Positions 38,685-50,648 of a DNA stretch of 64,000 nucleotides are shown piece by piece (positions within the stretch are counted from its first letter, which is position 1; each line of letters begins with the position of its first letter). The notes under the pieces are model-generated. The model had not been told where the DNA came from and did no database searches. It was given only the letters and a program-made list of their open reading frames with translations. Source of the stretch: Centroscyllium fabricii (Eukaryota). The position numbers and the translations under genes are program-made. The stretch is taken from assembly GCA_051313645.2 (NCBI GenBank), contig JBNRSN020000004.1, positions 302,374,001 through 302,438,000 of the forward strand. Reading direction: 5' to 3'.

Positions 38685-40697
38685 CTAATGGTGCTTAAGT
38701 TTTCTTTTGCGAGTGCTCCTACGTGGTGGTGGCCCTGTAGTGTCAGCAGATGTGGAGGCCCCCTGCTGAGTGCCCTGCTGCTCCTGTGTGGACACCTTTG
38801 GCGGTCCTCCTCTGGGGAGGCGAGCCTGTGGGGGCTCGCTACCAGTCTGCTGCTCCTGCGGCTGGGCAGGGTATGAGACTTCCATCACAGGTGCATGGGG
38901 ACTCCGGTGGGCCTCTGACCGAGGGCTCTGCAGTGGTGTGGACGTGGGAGCGCTTGGAGAGGAGCCCCCACTTCCTTCAGCTGCACCACCAACCTCCCTC
39001 TCATGGGTCACCTCCCACCTCAGCACCAGCAAGTGGCTGGACAGCATGTTGCTGCACTTCAGGGGGTCCATGGGGACCCGTATCTGCAGTGGAAGTCCTA
39101 CTGAGATGGACTTCCACGAAGGTCTGGTTCCTGTGTTCAACAGATGCCACTCGCTGCTCAAGAGATGTGACTCTATTCTGAACACTCCCCATGTCTTCGA
39201 AAAACTGGCGACTTATGTGCTCGATGGCCGTGGCCATCCTCTCGTCCACCGTCGCTATCCTTTCCATGGTGGTCACTATCCTTTCCATGGTGGTTGCCTT
39301 CCTTTCCATGGTGATACGATCATGCGCCTCTGACTCCGTAAGGTCGCTTCTCATACTTGCGACAGACTCCTCCATTCGCATGACACTCGCAGCTACCTGG
39401 GAGACAAAACCTGTCAGAGACTCCTGCATCTGTGTCTGGAGTCCCATCATGTGTCCTCTGCCTGATGGATCCAAAGGCGCTGGGTCGACATGCAGCTCAG
39501 CTAAGCTGGCAGAGTCCTGCGCCCTCCGACTAGGACTCTGCACTGCTGTCCCTGTCTCCACAATCTGCTGAGGCTCACTTGTGTTGTCTGAATCACCCGG
39601 TGACAAGTCATATGTAGCTCTTGGGGGGCCCACCGAGGTGCTAGTATCTGCGCTGGTGCCGGGTGGAGTCTGTGGTGCTGACGGTGCACCCTCAGAGGTG
39701 GCAGGTTCCTCTGAGGACTGAACAGGGGCGGCCTCGTGTTCAGCTCTGCTTGGCCGTCCAGCTGCAGATGGGCTTGTGGGGCAGTAAAGGCAGAGGTTAG
39801 AAATATGTCAGCAAGGTTACATACAGATAGCATTCAGGAGCTGAGCAGAGCTGCCTCTGCAGTGCTTTAACATTCATTGTGCCAGTCTCATGTGTTACTT
39901 GTTAGAGAAATAATTACACCATGCTGTCACCAGCTCGAGATTGCATGCCTGCCTCGCCGTCACCCACTCGCGGGGCTTGCCCCTCCCCAACGAGGTCTAG
40001 AACTGCCTCTTCCCAGGTGGTGAGCTGCTGGATGGTGGGGGGTCCTCCTCTGGTCCCGGCGCTGTGCCGCTTGTTGGCGGCTGTCTTTTCCTGCAATGAG
40101 GGAGAGAAGTGGAGGTTGAGTGAGAAGGAAGGAATTGGTGCAGCGAGTGACCAGCAAAGTTTGTTGCAGGCTCACTGCATTTTTGTCAACCTACAAGACC
40201 AAAGGCTCTCCCTGTGTGGTGCCAGATGTGCAGCAAGCATGAGAGTGAGAGGGAGTGTGAGGGCTGAATGGAGGGAAAGGACCGTGAGTGTGAGCATAGA
40301 TAGAGAGGGAATGGGTAAGGTTGCTTGGATGTGATGGGCAAGTGGGATGTGGAGGAAGGGAGTGGTGAAAATAAGCTGTGGTGAGGAGAGGTGAGGGGGA
40401 TGAGATTGAGGGTGAGGGGAAATAAATACTTACTCTCGCAGTGCGATGAAGGTCATGCAATCTCTTGCGACACTGCAGCCAGGACCGGGGTGTTGTGCCC
40501 AAGGAGCTGACCCCCTCAGCCACCTGCTGCCATGCAGCCGTAGTCTGTGAGGGAGGTCTCTTCCTCCCTGAGGATGGGAAGAGAACCTCCCTATGGGTCG
40601 TTGCCCCCTCGAGTAATGCGTCGAGGGAGGCGTCATCAAATTTGGGGGCGGGTCGTCCCGTTGCGCTGCTCGATGCAGCACCCTCACGCTCTGCCAT
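38685..40697 (-). pseudogene. Myb/SANT (NAIF1/MSANTD-like) partner gene; exons about 40697-40434, 40090-39931 and 39775-38685
   Basis: RPAPKF...AWQQVA...RSWLQCRKRLHDL; GT-AG exon 1-2 junction in phase 0; GGPP..LT..EE motif; last exon has a coiled-coil repeat and a probable frameshift. Confidence 0.78.
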
Positions 40698-41977
40698 CCT
40701 GCTGAAGGTTGCAGAGCTCTGAGCAGTGCGGGAGGCGAGCTGTGTTTATTAAAGGAAACCCAAATCCTGACGTCATATTGTGCGACTTTCTGACTGGAAA
40801 TCGGTGATTGGGAAGGCTTCTCACAGGCGGGCAATTAATTGGGTAGTTAGACGAAAATCTCATGGGAAACGCAGGCACTTATTCGGGCGGGACAAAAACC
40901 CGCCCCGACCAATCACCGCCAGTTCCCCGCCATATGGGCAAAATTCTGGCCAGTGAATGCATTGGTTGTCATCTATGAAAATTCCCTGGATTCTGGAGAG
41001 GTCCCAGCAGACTGAAAGAATACAAATGTAACACCCCTATTTAAGAAAGAAGGGAGACAGAAAGCAGGCAACTATCGACCAGTTAGCGTAACATCTGTCA
41101 TTGGGAAAATGCTGGAGTCCATCCTTAAGGAAGTGGTAGCAGGACATTTAGAAAATCATAATATAGTCGAGCAGAGTCAGCATGGTTTTATGAAAGGGAA
41201 ATCATGTTTGACAAATTTGCTGGAGTTCTTTGAGGATGTAATGAGCAGGGTGGATAAAGGGGAACCAGTAGATGTCGGGGAACATAGAGTCTAATGAAAG
41301 GGAGGAACTGAAAGAAATCAGTATTTTCTAGCGAAATGGTGTTGGGGAAATTGATGGGATTGAAGACCGATAAATCCCCAGGGCCTGATAATGTACATCC
41401 TAGGGTACTTAAGGAAGAGGCCCTAGAAATAGTAGATGCATTGATGGTCATCTTCCAAAATTCAATAGACTCTGGAACAGTACCCATGGATTGGAGGGTA
41501 GCTAATGTTACCCCACTATTCAAAAAAGGTGGTAGAGAGAAAACGGGGAATTATAGACTGGTAAGCCTGACATCGGTAGTGGGAGAAAATGCTAGAGTCC
41601 ATTATAAAAGATGTAATAGCAGAGCACTTGGAAAACAGTGAACAGATCGGACAAAATCAACATTGATTTACAAAGGGTAAGTCGTGTTTGACTAATCTAC
41701 TGGAATTTTGTGAAGATGTAACTGGTAAAATAGATAAGGGAGATCCAGTGGATGTGGTGTATTTGGACTTTCAAAAGGCACTTGATAAGGTCCCGCATAA
41801 GAGATTAGCGTGTAAAGTTAAGGCATATGGGACTGGGGGCAAGGTATTGACTTGGATAGAGAACTGGTTGGCAGACAGAAAGCAAAGAGTTGGAATAAAC
41901 GGGTCTTTTTCCGAGTTGCAGGCAGTGACTAGTGGGGTACCGCAGGGCTCGGTCCTTGGACCCCAACTATTCACAAT

Positions 41978-42808
41978 GGGCCCTGTGTGCCGGTTAGTGC
42001 GTGCGCTAGGACCCTGGGGATGCCTAATCGCACGCACCAACTTTTTTCAGAAAACAGAACGTCAATTTCCTGTTTAAAAAAACGTCTTCGGGTGCTGCGT
42101 AGGGGTCTGGCTTTTGTTGGTGCATGTCCAGCCACGCCCCCACAGATCCCTAATTTAAATAAAAAACACCCCCAGATCCCTAATTTAAATGACGAGATCC
42201 CGAGTCGGACCTTAGTGAGAGCAGGGAAGTGCGGAGCTGCACAACAGACTCGCGGGGAGCAGCGCGGGGGCACAGCAGCTTCTCACAGGAAGAAACGGAA
42301 GGTAAGTCAGCGATTTTTTCCTCTTAGATTTTTAAATTTTTTAAATTAGCTAGAGAGTTAAAAATTTCAGAAATGTAACTTTAAAAATTAGCGATTTGAA
42401 ACCGGTAAATTAACTTAAAATCGGATTTGTTAATTTTTAAAAAAAACTTTAACTTAAAAATTTAACGCTACCGATCTGGCCATACTACTCCCCAAAACTG
42501 TAAAAAATTAAAATTAAAGTTAAAAAATTAACTTACCTGCTTCAAAAACTAAATCTTCTCCCTCTTACTCCTGGTTTTTTCGTGGGCAGCTTGTGAGCCA
42601 GTTCCCCCCGGAATTACTCTCTAAAAATCACCTGTTCTGACAGGAAATCGTCAGTGCAAGGTCTTCCTGCGTTGGGAGCTGAAGGGCCTTGCCCATCAGC
42701 ACAGGAAATTCCCGTTCGTGGGCATCCCCCGTGCTGCACCCCCACGAGGCATTTCTGAACCCCCTTCGTAGGGGTGCAGCTCCTCTGGAGCACAGGAAAA
42801 CAGGGCCC
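41978..42808. mobile_element. MITE with AAT TSD
   Basis: TIR GGGCCCTGT / ACAGGGCCC; AAT at 41975-41977 and 42809-42811. Confidence 0.85.
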
Positions 42809-43547
42809 AATATAAATGATCTAGACGAGGGACTAGATATAATGGTCCAGAAATTGCGGTGGAGCCTTCGTGCGGGTGCAGTACCTGCTAGTTGCACTTG
42901 CACTGCCCATAATCAGGTTTGCTTTTTTGCACTCAGAAATTCGAGTTAGCCCAGCTTGTCAGAGCTCCGTGTGAGCTTCATGGGCATCTGAAGGGCATAA
43001 TTAGTGCGAGATGGCTTTTGAGACCATGTGATTGGCAGGGAGTCAATCAGTGGAACCAATTCTCCATTCAAAACTTCCACTGAGAAATCTGTGTAAGTTT
43101 TGAAAGGAGAGATTGCCCAAAAGACATCTAAACTCAAAAATAAAATTTTAAAAACACCACATTTTTTTTACATTACCCCAAATAACACAAATAACCTATT
43201 TTAAAGAAAAAATTAAAATTTACAGAAAATGTTTTCAACTTCTAACAGGTCTAAAAAAATACTTACCTGTCTTTAAAGTTATCAACAATTAAAAACCTGA
43301 AAAAACAACAATTAAAATCAATAAAATACACACTTACCAGATAAAAACGGATACTTACGACTACTTTTTCCCAGCGTAGTATCTTCTGGTCTTGGTCCGT
43401 AGAAAAAGTTTTTAAAAAAATCCGAATTACTGGACGCAACCCTAGTTCGCTGCTTCCTGCGCTGGCCCGCGCAGGAACTCCAACCCCCGCACTGGCCGGC
43501 ATAGGAAAACCTGAAGCAGCGCAAACGGCTACTTCCTGCGGGTTTAA

Positions 43548-46190
43548 AGGCCCTGTCACACCTTAACGTTTTAGCTTGCGTATGCAAATATGGCCGATAC
43601 GCTGGTATACGTTGGACAAGTTATGGGTACGTTATGCATACGTTAAGAGCACGTTGCCATACGCTGGCCATAAGTTGTATAAGTCGTATAAGTGGTGATT
43701 TTTTGTGCATGCACAAAAAATCACGACGTATAAATGTATCTATTTATACGTTCATCATACGCTGAGCATACGTTGTAGGCATGTTAGCCAGACGTTAGTC
43801 ATACGTCAAAACACGTCGAATAAATGCCTATTTTGCAAAGATTTTATGTCTAACCTATGAGGAACGTGTTTCGAACTTATGTGTAACGTCTCTCCAACGT
43901 CTTTGACGTCTCCCGGACGTCCACAGAACTTACTGAACGTGTTTCTACTTACAGCTCCTGAGGAACATCTGAAAAAGCCTTTTTACCCCACTCACTCTCT
44001 CTCTCTCTCTCTCTCTCTCCCTCCATTATATTATTGTACCTTTTCCAAAGTGTATGATTTTATTATTGTAATTTATTGTTTATGATTTAAATATTGAAAC
44101 AAGACAAACATCAAGAGTTTACTCAACTTTTATTAAATAACAACATAACATAACCATCAATAGTTTACTCAACTTTTATTAAATAACTTTTATTAAATAA
44201 CTTTTATTAAATAACTTTTATTAAATAACTTAAATAACTTTAAACATAACAGGAACAAACATCAACAGTTTACTCAACATTAAATAACTTTAATAACAAT
44301 GGTCTGAAAAGGTACAGACAAAATGGTTAAAACAACTGAAACATCAAAACTATATACAAAATTGCACAAACATGTGAAGACCATTGTCACTGTTCATTCA
44401 GCACTCTCCTCTGATGGTGGAAGTGTGCTCAGCTCCCCACGCGGGCTGCTTGCAGCATTGGGACCAGCTGAAAAGCTGAATCCTGAGAGATTGAACATAT
44501 CAGCAGCATTGTCCAAGGTGCTTTGGCTCAAGCTGAGTACCTGGTCAGTCGACCCTACAGCAGCAGATGAAGAGGCGAGGATTGGCTGCTGCGTCATCAG
44601 AGGAGGAGGAGGAGGAGGAGGAAACTGGTACACATGATGAGGAGCAGGAGGCATAATGTTTAACTGTCCCATCACCTGCTGGTACGGCGGCTGTTGAAAG
44701 TGCTGTCTGTAGACTGACGCAGCTGGTGCCGTGTGTCTCCAGCTGTGGGTACCTTGCTGGAAGCTCGACGCCGTGGGGGTGTAGGTAGCTGGTGCTGAAG
44801 CAGATTGCACGGAGATGGGGGTCAGCAGCTCCGTGAACATGTTGGTGATGCGCAACCTTGACTCCTGGAAGACATCGTCTGGAATGCTGGCCAGGGTGTC
44901 ACGCACGTAGTTAGCGAAGGCTAATTTGGGTGTGATGGCCTGAGGCGTCGCCAGATTCCTCAGGATCTCTCCAGTCTCCTGCATGCTTCTGTGGATGGAC
45001 TGCAGCTGCTCATCCTCCTGGGCACGCTTCCCCCTGGGGAAAGGGGAGGGTGTGCTGTCGTCCAGCACCACAATCTCTGCACAGGCAGCCTCGCCAGCCT
45101 CGAGGTCCCCGCTGTGTGCTGCTATGGTTTCCTTTACCTGCAATTATGACAAATGATTAGTAAAAAACAAAGCACAAATACGAGGCAAAGTACAGTAAAA
45201 CTAATATAAATAAATATTATTATGGACATTAATATGTGTTTATACTTACACTGTGGACGGGCTCAGGACGATGGCGGACCACAGTCGTGAGGAAGCCGAA
45301 CTTGGCCTTCACCCACTGCTCCCTCTCTGTCAGTTCCTGGGCGCCATCACCGCTTCTCTTCTTGTGGAGACGGGTGTGCGTGTCTCGCAGGGACTTAAAC
45401 CACCCTTGAAGGTGCTCCACACTCTTCCCCATGGCCTTTGCCTGATCCGCCCAGAGCTTTCCTTTCTTGTCCACCCTCCGATAGTCTATCTTTTTAATGT
45501 CCCAGAGGATGGCGTTCTCCGTCAGGAACTCAAGCATCTGCTGCTCCTCCTCAACACAAAGACAATATTGTGTCTTCTTGGCACGCTTCTTTGGCTGAGA
45601 CGATGTGGAGGCGACGGACGCAGCCACAGACGATGCCCGAGAGACGTTGGAAGCAGCATCCTCTCCGTCAGAGGGTGGTGAGCGTGATGGCAAGGGTGTG
45701 GGTGCTGGATCCTCCATGCATCCGCGCCCACGGCCACGAAACTTCCTGGCAGCATTCCTGGACCCTCTCCTCGGCATTGTGAATCAAAAGCAGGTAGGAC
45801 TGGAAGCATTGTGTGGAGCTGCTGCTTTTAAAGTCTAGTGGTATGTAGTGGTATGATTTGAATCGTCCAATGACAGCCTTTGATTAGGCTACCCCACCTG
45901 ATCTTGGTAGACACGCTGGCGCCGGCTGTGCATACGCTATACATACGTCCAGTACGTTACGTATACGTTACGTATACGTTCAATACGCTGGTCATACGCT
46001 GTTGTTATTTCACAGAAAAGAGCTCGGAAACGTCAATGTACGCTGCGTATACGCTACGTGTACGTTATTTATACGTCAAATACGCTATGAATACGCTTCC
46101 AAACCACAAACACTGAACAAAGTGTCAAAAGTTCAGCGTTTTAGCCTCATTTGCATAGGCTGGCTAAAACGTCTAGGTGTGACAGGGCCT
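43548..46190 (-). mobile_element. Harbinger element encoding only the MADF protein
   Basis: TIR AGGCCCTGTCACACC at both ends (extends to AACGTTTTAGC); TAA/TTA flanks; subterminal ATACG repeats; no transposase seen. Confidence 0.9.
44394..45777 (-). CDS. MADF-type DNA-binding protein, 2 exons (45777-45250, 45137-44394), about 423 aa
   Basis: MLEFLTENAILWD...KLWADQA...WFKSLRD...WVKAKFGFL; GTAAGT donor, TTGCAG acceptor, phase 0; open frame. Confidence 0.82.
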
Positions 46191-47057
46191 TTAGCTCTGG
46201 TGCACTCGCACCAGAGCTTAAACCCGATATGGGCAGACTGCAATTTCTGGCCCAATATCTCCAAGTTTGCAGACGACACAAAGCTGGGTGGGCGTGTGTG
46301 CTGTGAGGAGGATGCCAAGAAACTCCAGTATGATTTGGACAGGTTGGGTGAGTGGGCAGAAGCATGGCAGATGCAATATAATGTGGATAAATGCGAGGTT
46401 ATCCACTTTGGTGTCAAAAACAAGAAGGCAAATGATTATCTGAATGGCAATAGATTGGGAGAAGGGGAAGTGCATCGAGACCTGGGTGTCCTTGTGCTCC
46501 AGTCGCTGAAGGTAAGCATGCAGGTGCAACAGGCGGTTAAGAAGGCAAATGGTATGTTGGCCTTCGTAACGAGAGGGTTTGAGTACAGGAACAAGGATGT
46601 CTTGCTGCAGTTGTATAGGGCCTTGGGGAAACCACATCTTGAGCATTGTGTGCAGTTTTGGTCACCTTATCTGAGGAAGGATGTTCTTGCCATGGAGGGA
46701 GTGCAGCGAAGATTCACCAGGTTGATACCTGGGAGGGCAGGAATTACGTATGAGGAGAGATTGGGCCGATTGGGCTTATACTCACTGGAGTTTAGAAGAA
46801 TGAGAGGGGATCTGATTGAAACTTATAAAATTCTAAAAGGACTAGCCAGACTAGATGCAGGAAGGATGTTCCCGATGGTCAGGGAGTCCAGAACCAGGGG
46901 TCACAGTCTAAGGATAAGGGGTAAGCGATTTAGGACAGAGATGAGGAGGAACTTCTTCACCCAGAGAGTGGTGAACCTGTGGAATTCGCTACCACAGAAT
47001 TACATTGAGGCCAATTCATTAAATATATTCAAGAAGGTTTTGGATATATTTCTTAAG

Positions 47058-48370
47058 ACATAAGAACATAAGAAATAGGAGCAGGAGTAGGCCAATCGGC
47101 CCCTCGAGCCTGCTCCGCCATTCAATAAGATCATGGCTGATCTGATCCTAACCATTTTATTTTTACTCTCCACCCCGCCCAGACCAATGTGATCACCTGG
47201 GAGAGGTGAAAAACCAGATTTTTAAAAAAAAAGTAGCCAATTTTGGAGAAAAAAAAATCAGGAAAATTCCTCTCCGACCCATCTAGGCGATCGAAAACTG
47301 GTCCAGGACATCACATGGCCGATCTGAACCTAGCCTCACGTCCACTTACCAGCCCGTTCACCATAACCCCTAATTCCCTTTAATTCCAGGAAACTGTCTA
47401 TCTCAGTTTTAAATTTATTCAACGTAGTAGCTTCTACAGCTCTCTGGGGCAGCAAATTCCACAGCCGCACCACCCTCTGAGTAAAGAAGTTCCCCCTCAT
47501 CTCAGTTTTGAAATGGGAGCCCCTTATTTTAAGATTATGCCCCCTAGTCCTAGTCTCACCCACCATTGGGAACATCCTCACCGCATCCACCCGATCAAGC
47601 CCTCTCACAATCTTATATATTTCAATAAGATCGCCTCTCATTCTTCTGAACTCCAATGAGTAGAGGCCCAATCCACTCAGCCTCTCGTCATATGTTAGCC
47701 CCCTCATCCCCGGAATTAACCTAGTGAATCTTCTCTGCACTGCCTCGAGAGCAAGTATGTCCTTTCTTAAATAGGGACACCAGAACTGCACGCAGTACTC
47801 CAGGTGTGGTCTCACCAATACCCTGTACAACTGCAACAAGACCTCCCTGCTTTTATACTCAATCCCCTTAGCAATAAAAGCCAACATTCCGTTGGCCTTC
47901 CTTACCACCTGCTGCACCTGCATATTAACTTTCTGTGTCCCCTGCACCAGGACCCCCAGATCCCTTTGCACTGAAGTACTTTCCAGTTCCTTTCCATTTA
48001 GATAATAACTCGCTCTATTATTTTTCCTGCCAAAGTGCATAACTTCACATTTTCCAGTATTATACTCCATCTGCCAAATCTCTGCCCACTCACTTAGCCT
48101 ATCTATGTCCTTTTGCAGGTTTCATCACCCTCCCTCCCATTTTTGTGTCATGTTGCACTTGGTCCCTTCTTCCAAATCGTTAATATAGATTGTAAAGAGT
48201 TGGGGTCCCAGCACCGACCCTTGCGGAACACCACTAGTGACTGACTGCCAGTCTGAGAACGAACCATTTATCCCAACTCTCTGTTTTCTGTTAGAAAGCC
48301 AATCCTCCACCCATGCCAGAATATTACCCCCAACCCCGTGATTTTTTATCTTGAGTAATAATCTTCTGTG
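47058..48370 (-). mobile_element. CR1 LINE 3' portion with tail
   Basis: Minus ORFs 47336-48070 and 48125-48310 (GVPQGSVLGP, RPHLEYCVQFW); TTCTTATG-type tail. Confidence 0.92.
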
Positions 48371-49700
48371 GGGAGATTAAAGACTAAAGGGATTAAGGGA
48401 TATGGGGAGAAGGCAGGAAAAGGGTACTGAGTTTGGATGATCAGCCATGATCTTATTGAATGGTGGAGCAGGCTCGAGGGGCCGAATGGCCTACTCCTGC
48501 TCCTATCTTCTTTGTTTCTATGTCGTGTATTTGGATTTCCAGAAGGCATTCGATAAGGTGCCACATAAAAGGTTACTGCGCAAGCTAAGAGTTCACGGGG
48601 TTGGGGGTAATATATTAGAATGGATAGAGGATTGGCTAACTAACAGAAAAGAGAGAGTCGGGATAAATGGGTAATTTTCAGATTGGCAAACTGTAACTAG
48701 TGGGGTGCGGCAGGGCTCAGTGCTGGGGCCTCAACTATTTACAATCTATATTAATGACTTGGATGAAGGGACAGAGAGTAATGTAACCAAATTTGTTGTT
48801 GATACAAAAATAGGTGGGAAAGCAAATTGTGTAGAGGATGCAAAGAATCTCCAAAGGGATATAGATAGGCTAAGTGAGTGGGCAAAGATCTGGCAGATGG
48901 AGTATAATGTGGGAAAATTTAAGGTTATCCACTTTGGTAGGAAAAATAAAAAAGCAAATTATTATTTAAATGGGGAGAGATTACAAAATACTGAGGTACA
49001 CAGGGATCTGGGGTCCTTGTACATGAATCACAAAAAGTTAGTATGCAGGTACAGCAAGTAATTAGGAAGGCAAATGGAGTGTTGGCCTTTATTGCAAAGG
49101 GAATGGAGTATAAAAGTAGGGAAGTCCTGTTACAACTGTACAGGGCGTTGATGAGACCACACCTGGAGTACTGCGTACAGTTTTGGTCTCCTTATTTAAG
49201 GAAGAATATACTTGCATTGGAGGCAGTTGAGAGAAGGTTCACGAGATTGATTCCGGAGATGAAGAGGTTGTCTTATGAAGAAAGGTTGAGCAGGTTGGGC
49301 CTATACTCATTGGAGTTTAGAAGAATGAGAGGTGGATCCTATTGAAACATATAAGATTCTGAAGGGGCTTGACAGGGTAGATGCAGAGAGGATGTCTCCC
49401 CTCGTGGGGGAATCTAGAACTAGGGGGCATAGTTTCAAAATAAGGGGGCACCCTTTTAAAATGAAAATGAGGAGGAGTTTCTTCTGAGGGTCGTGAATCT
49501 TTGGAATTCCCCTCCCCCGAGAGCTGTGGAGGCTGAGTCCTTGAATATATTTCAGGTGGAGATAGACAGATTTTTGCATGATAAGGGAGTCCAGGATTAT
49601 GGGAACGGGCAGGGAAGTGGAGTTGAGGCCAAGATCAGATCAGCCTCGGAGCAGGCTTGAGGGGCCAAATGACCAACTCCTGCTTCTACGTCTTATGTTC
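48371..49700 (+). mobile_element. CR1 fragments (short 3' end 48371-48520; RT portion 48521-49700)
   Basis: YLDFQKAFDKVPH through RRMRG, CR1 3' UTR and tail. Confidence 0.9.
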
Positions 49701-50648
49701 TACTGGCTTGGACTAACTACCCAGTTGGTTCCTCAAAGTATATATCAATAGACAGCCTAGTTTATTCTGAGCATTGGTGAGCAGAATTGGTCGTATAAAT
49801 CTGGTCATCTTTGGGTCTCTGAAGTGTGGGGTGGGGTGGAAGTGTGGGATTCGTCTTGTGGGCAGATTCCAATTCTTCGATCTGCTCCAACCAAAGCTGG
49901 GTAGCTTGTGTTTCCTTTTTACTGGAGGATAGATGATGAATACTGTCTTAGTCAGAGCAGAGTGGGTGATGTCAATTGGATGTTGTGCTCTTAAAAAATA
50001 AATAAATCCATTCAGCCATCCAAGTGTTCCCAAACCAAGAAGGGAATTGAGAATAAGTGAGGAGGGGAGACATTGAGGTGTTAACAGCTTGATCTTCTGA
50101 AGAAGCCCACCACTTCAGGGCCAGTATCAGTGGACCCTAATTCAGGAGCCCAAAAATGTCTTAACCACAGAATCCAAGAGCAAAAGAATGGCCATTCTTG
50201 ATCAGTTTTTACTAAAGCCCCGCTTTCACTTATGCTACGAATATCCCGAATCGTCCCGAATCGAAAATCGTGGAGATTCGGCCAAAAATGAAAAATTTCG
50301 TGGAGATTCGGGAGGAGGTACGAAGCTGTTACGACTTAATTACGAAAGACTTACAATAATTCGTGGCTAATCGGGTTGAAAGATATGCCGAATGTCAAGA
50401 ATGGGTTAAGAAACAAGTACGAATTCAAAGAATCATGTAAGAATTGTACGAATAAGGTACGACTCACTTACTAATATGCGGAATTAATGTACGAATCCAC
50501 TACGACCTCCACGATGAAGTTACGACTACTACGACTTATCTACGAATAGTTTATGATAATCGGCATTGTTCGTGACATTTCGGCATATTCTTGGGTGACG
50601 AAAGGCTATAAAAATCCCCCGATCGCTGGTGAACCCGTCATTTCCACA

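Larger units (their letters stand above)
35618..40951 (+). mobile_element. PIF/Harbinger-superfamily element, HARBI1/NAIF1-like gene pair, decayed
   Basis: Ends GGGGGGAATTTT / AAAATTCTGGCC; AGT TSD; convergent transposase and Myb/SANT genes. Confidence 0.88.
42844..46253. mobile_element. MITE with AAT TSD, hosting a nested Harbinger
   Basis: TIRs GGTCCAGAAATTGC / GCAATTTCTGGCCC; AAT at 42841-42843 and 46254-46256. Confidence 0.88.
35088..47057 (+). mobile_element. CR1 LINE fragments (35088-35617, 40952-41275, 41276-41977, 42809-42843, 46254-47057) split by nested DNA transposons
   Basis: CR1 ORF2 motifs rejoin across each insertion (LGPQLFTI|INDLDEG|NISKFADDTK); at least two CR1 copies. Confidence 0.88.

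Noticed and set aside
46002-47063. 353-aa ORF as a novel fusion gene
   Set aside because: Chance read-through from Harbinger/MITE ends into CR1 RT, with a non-ATG start
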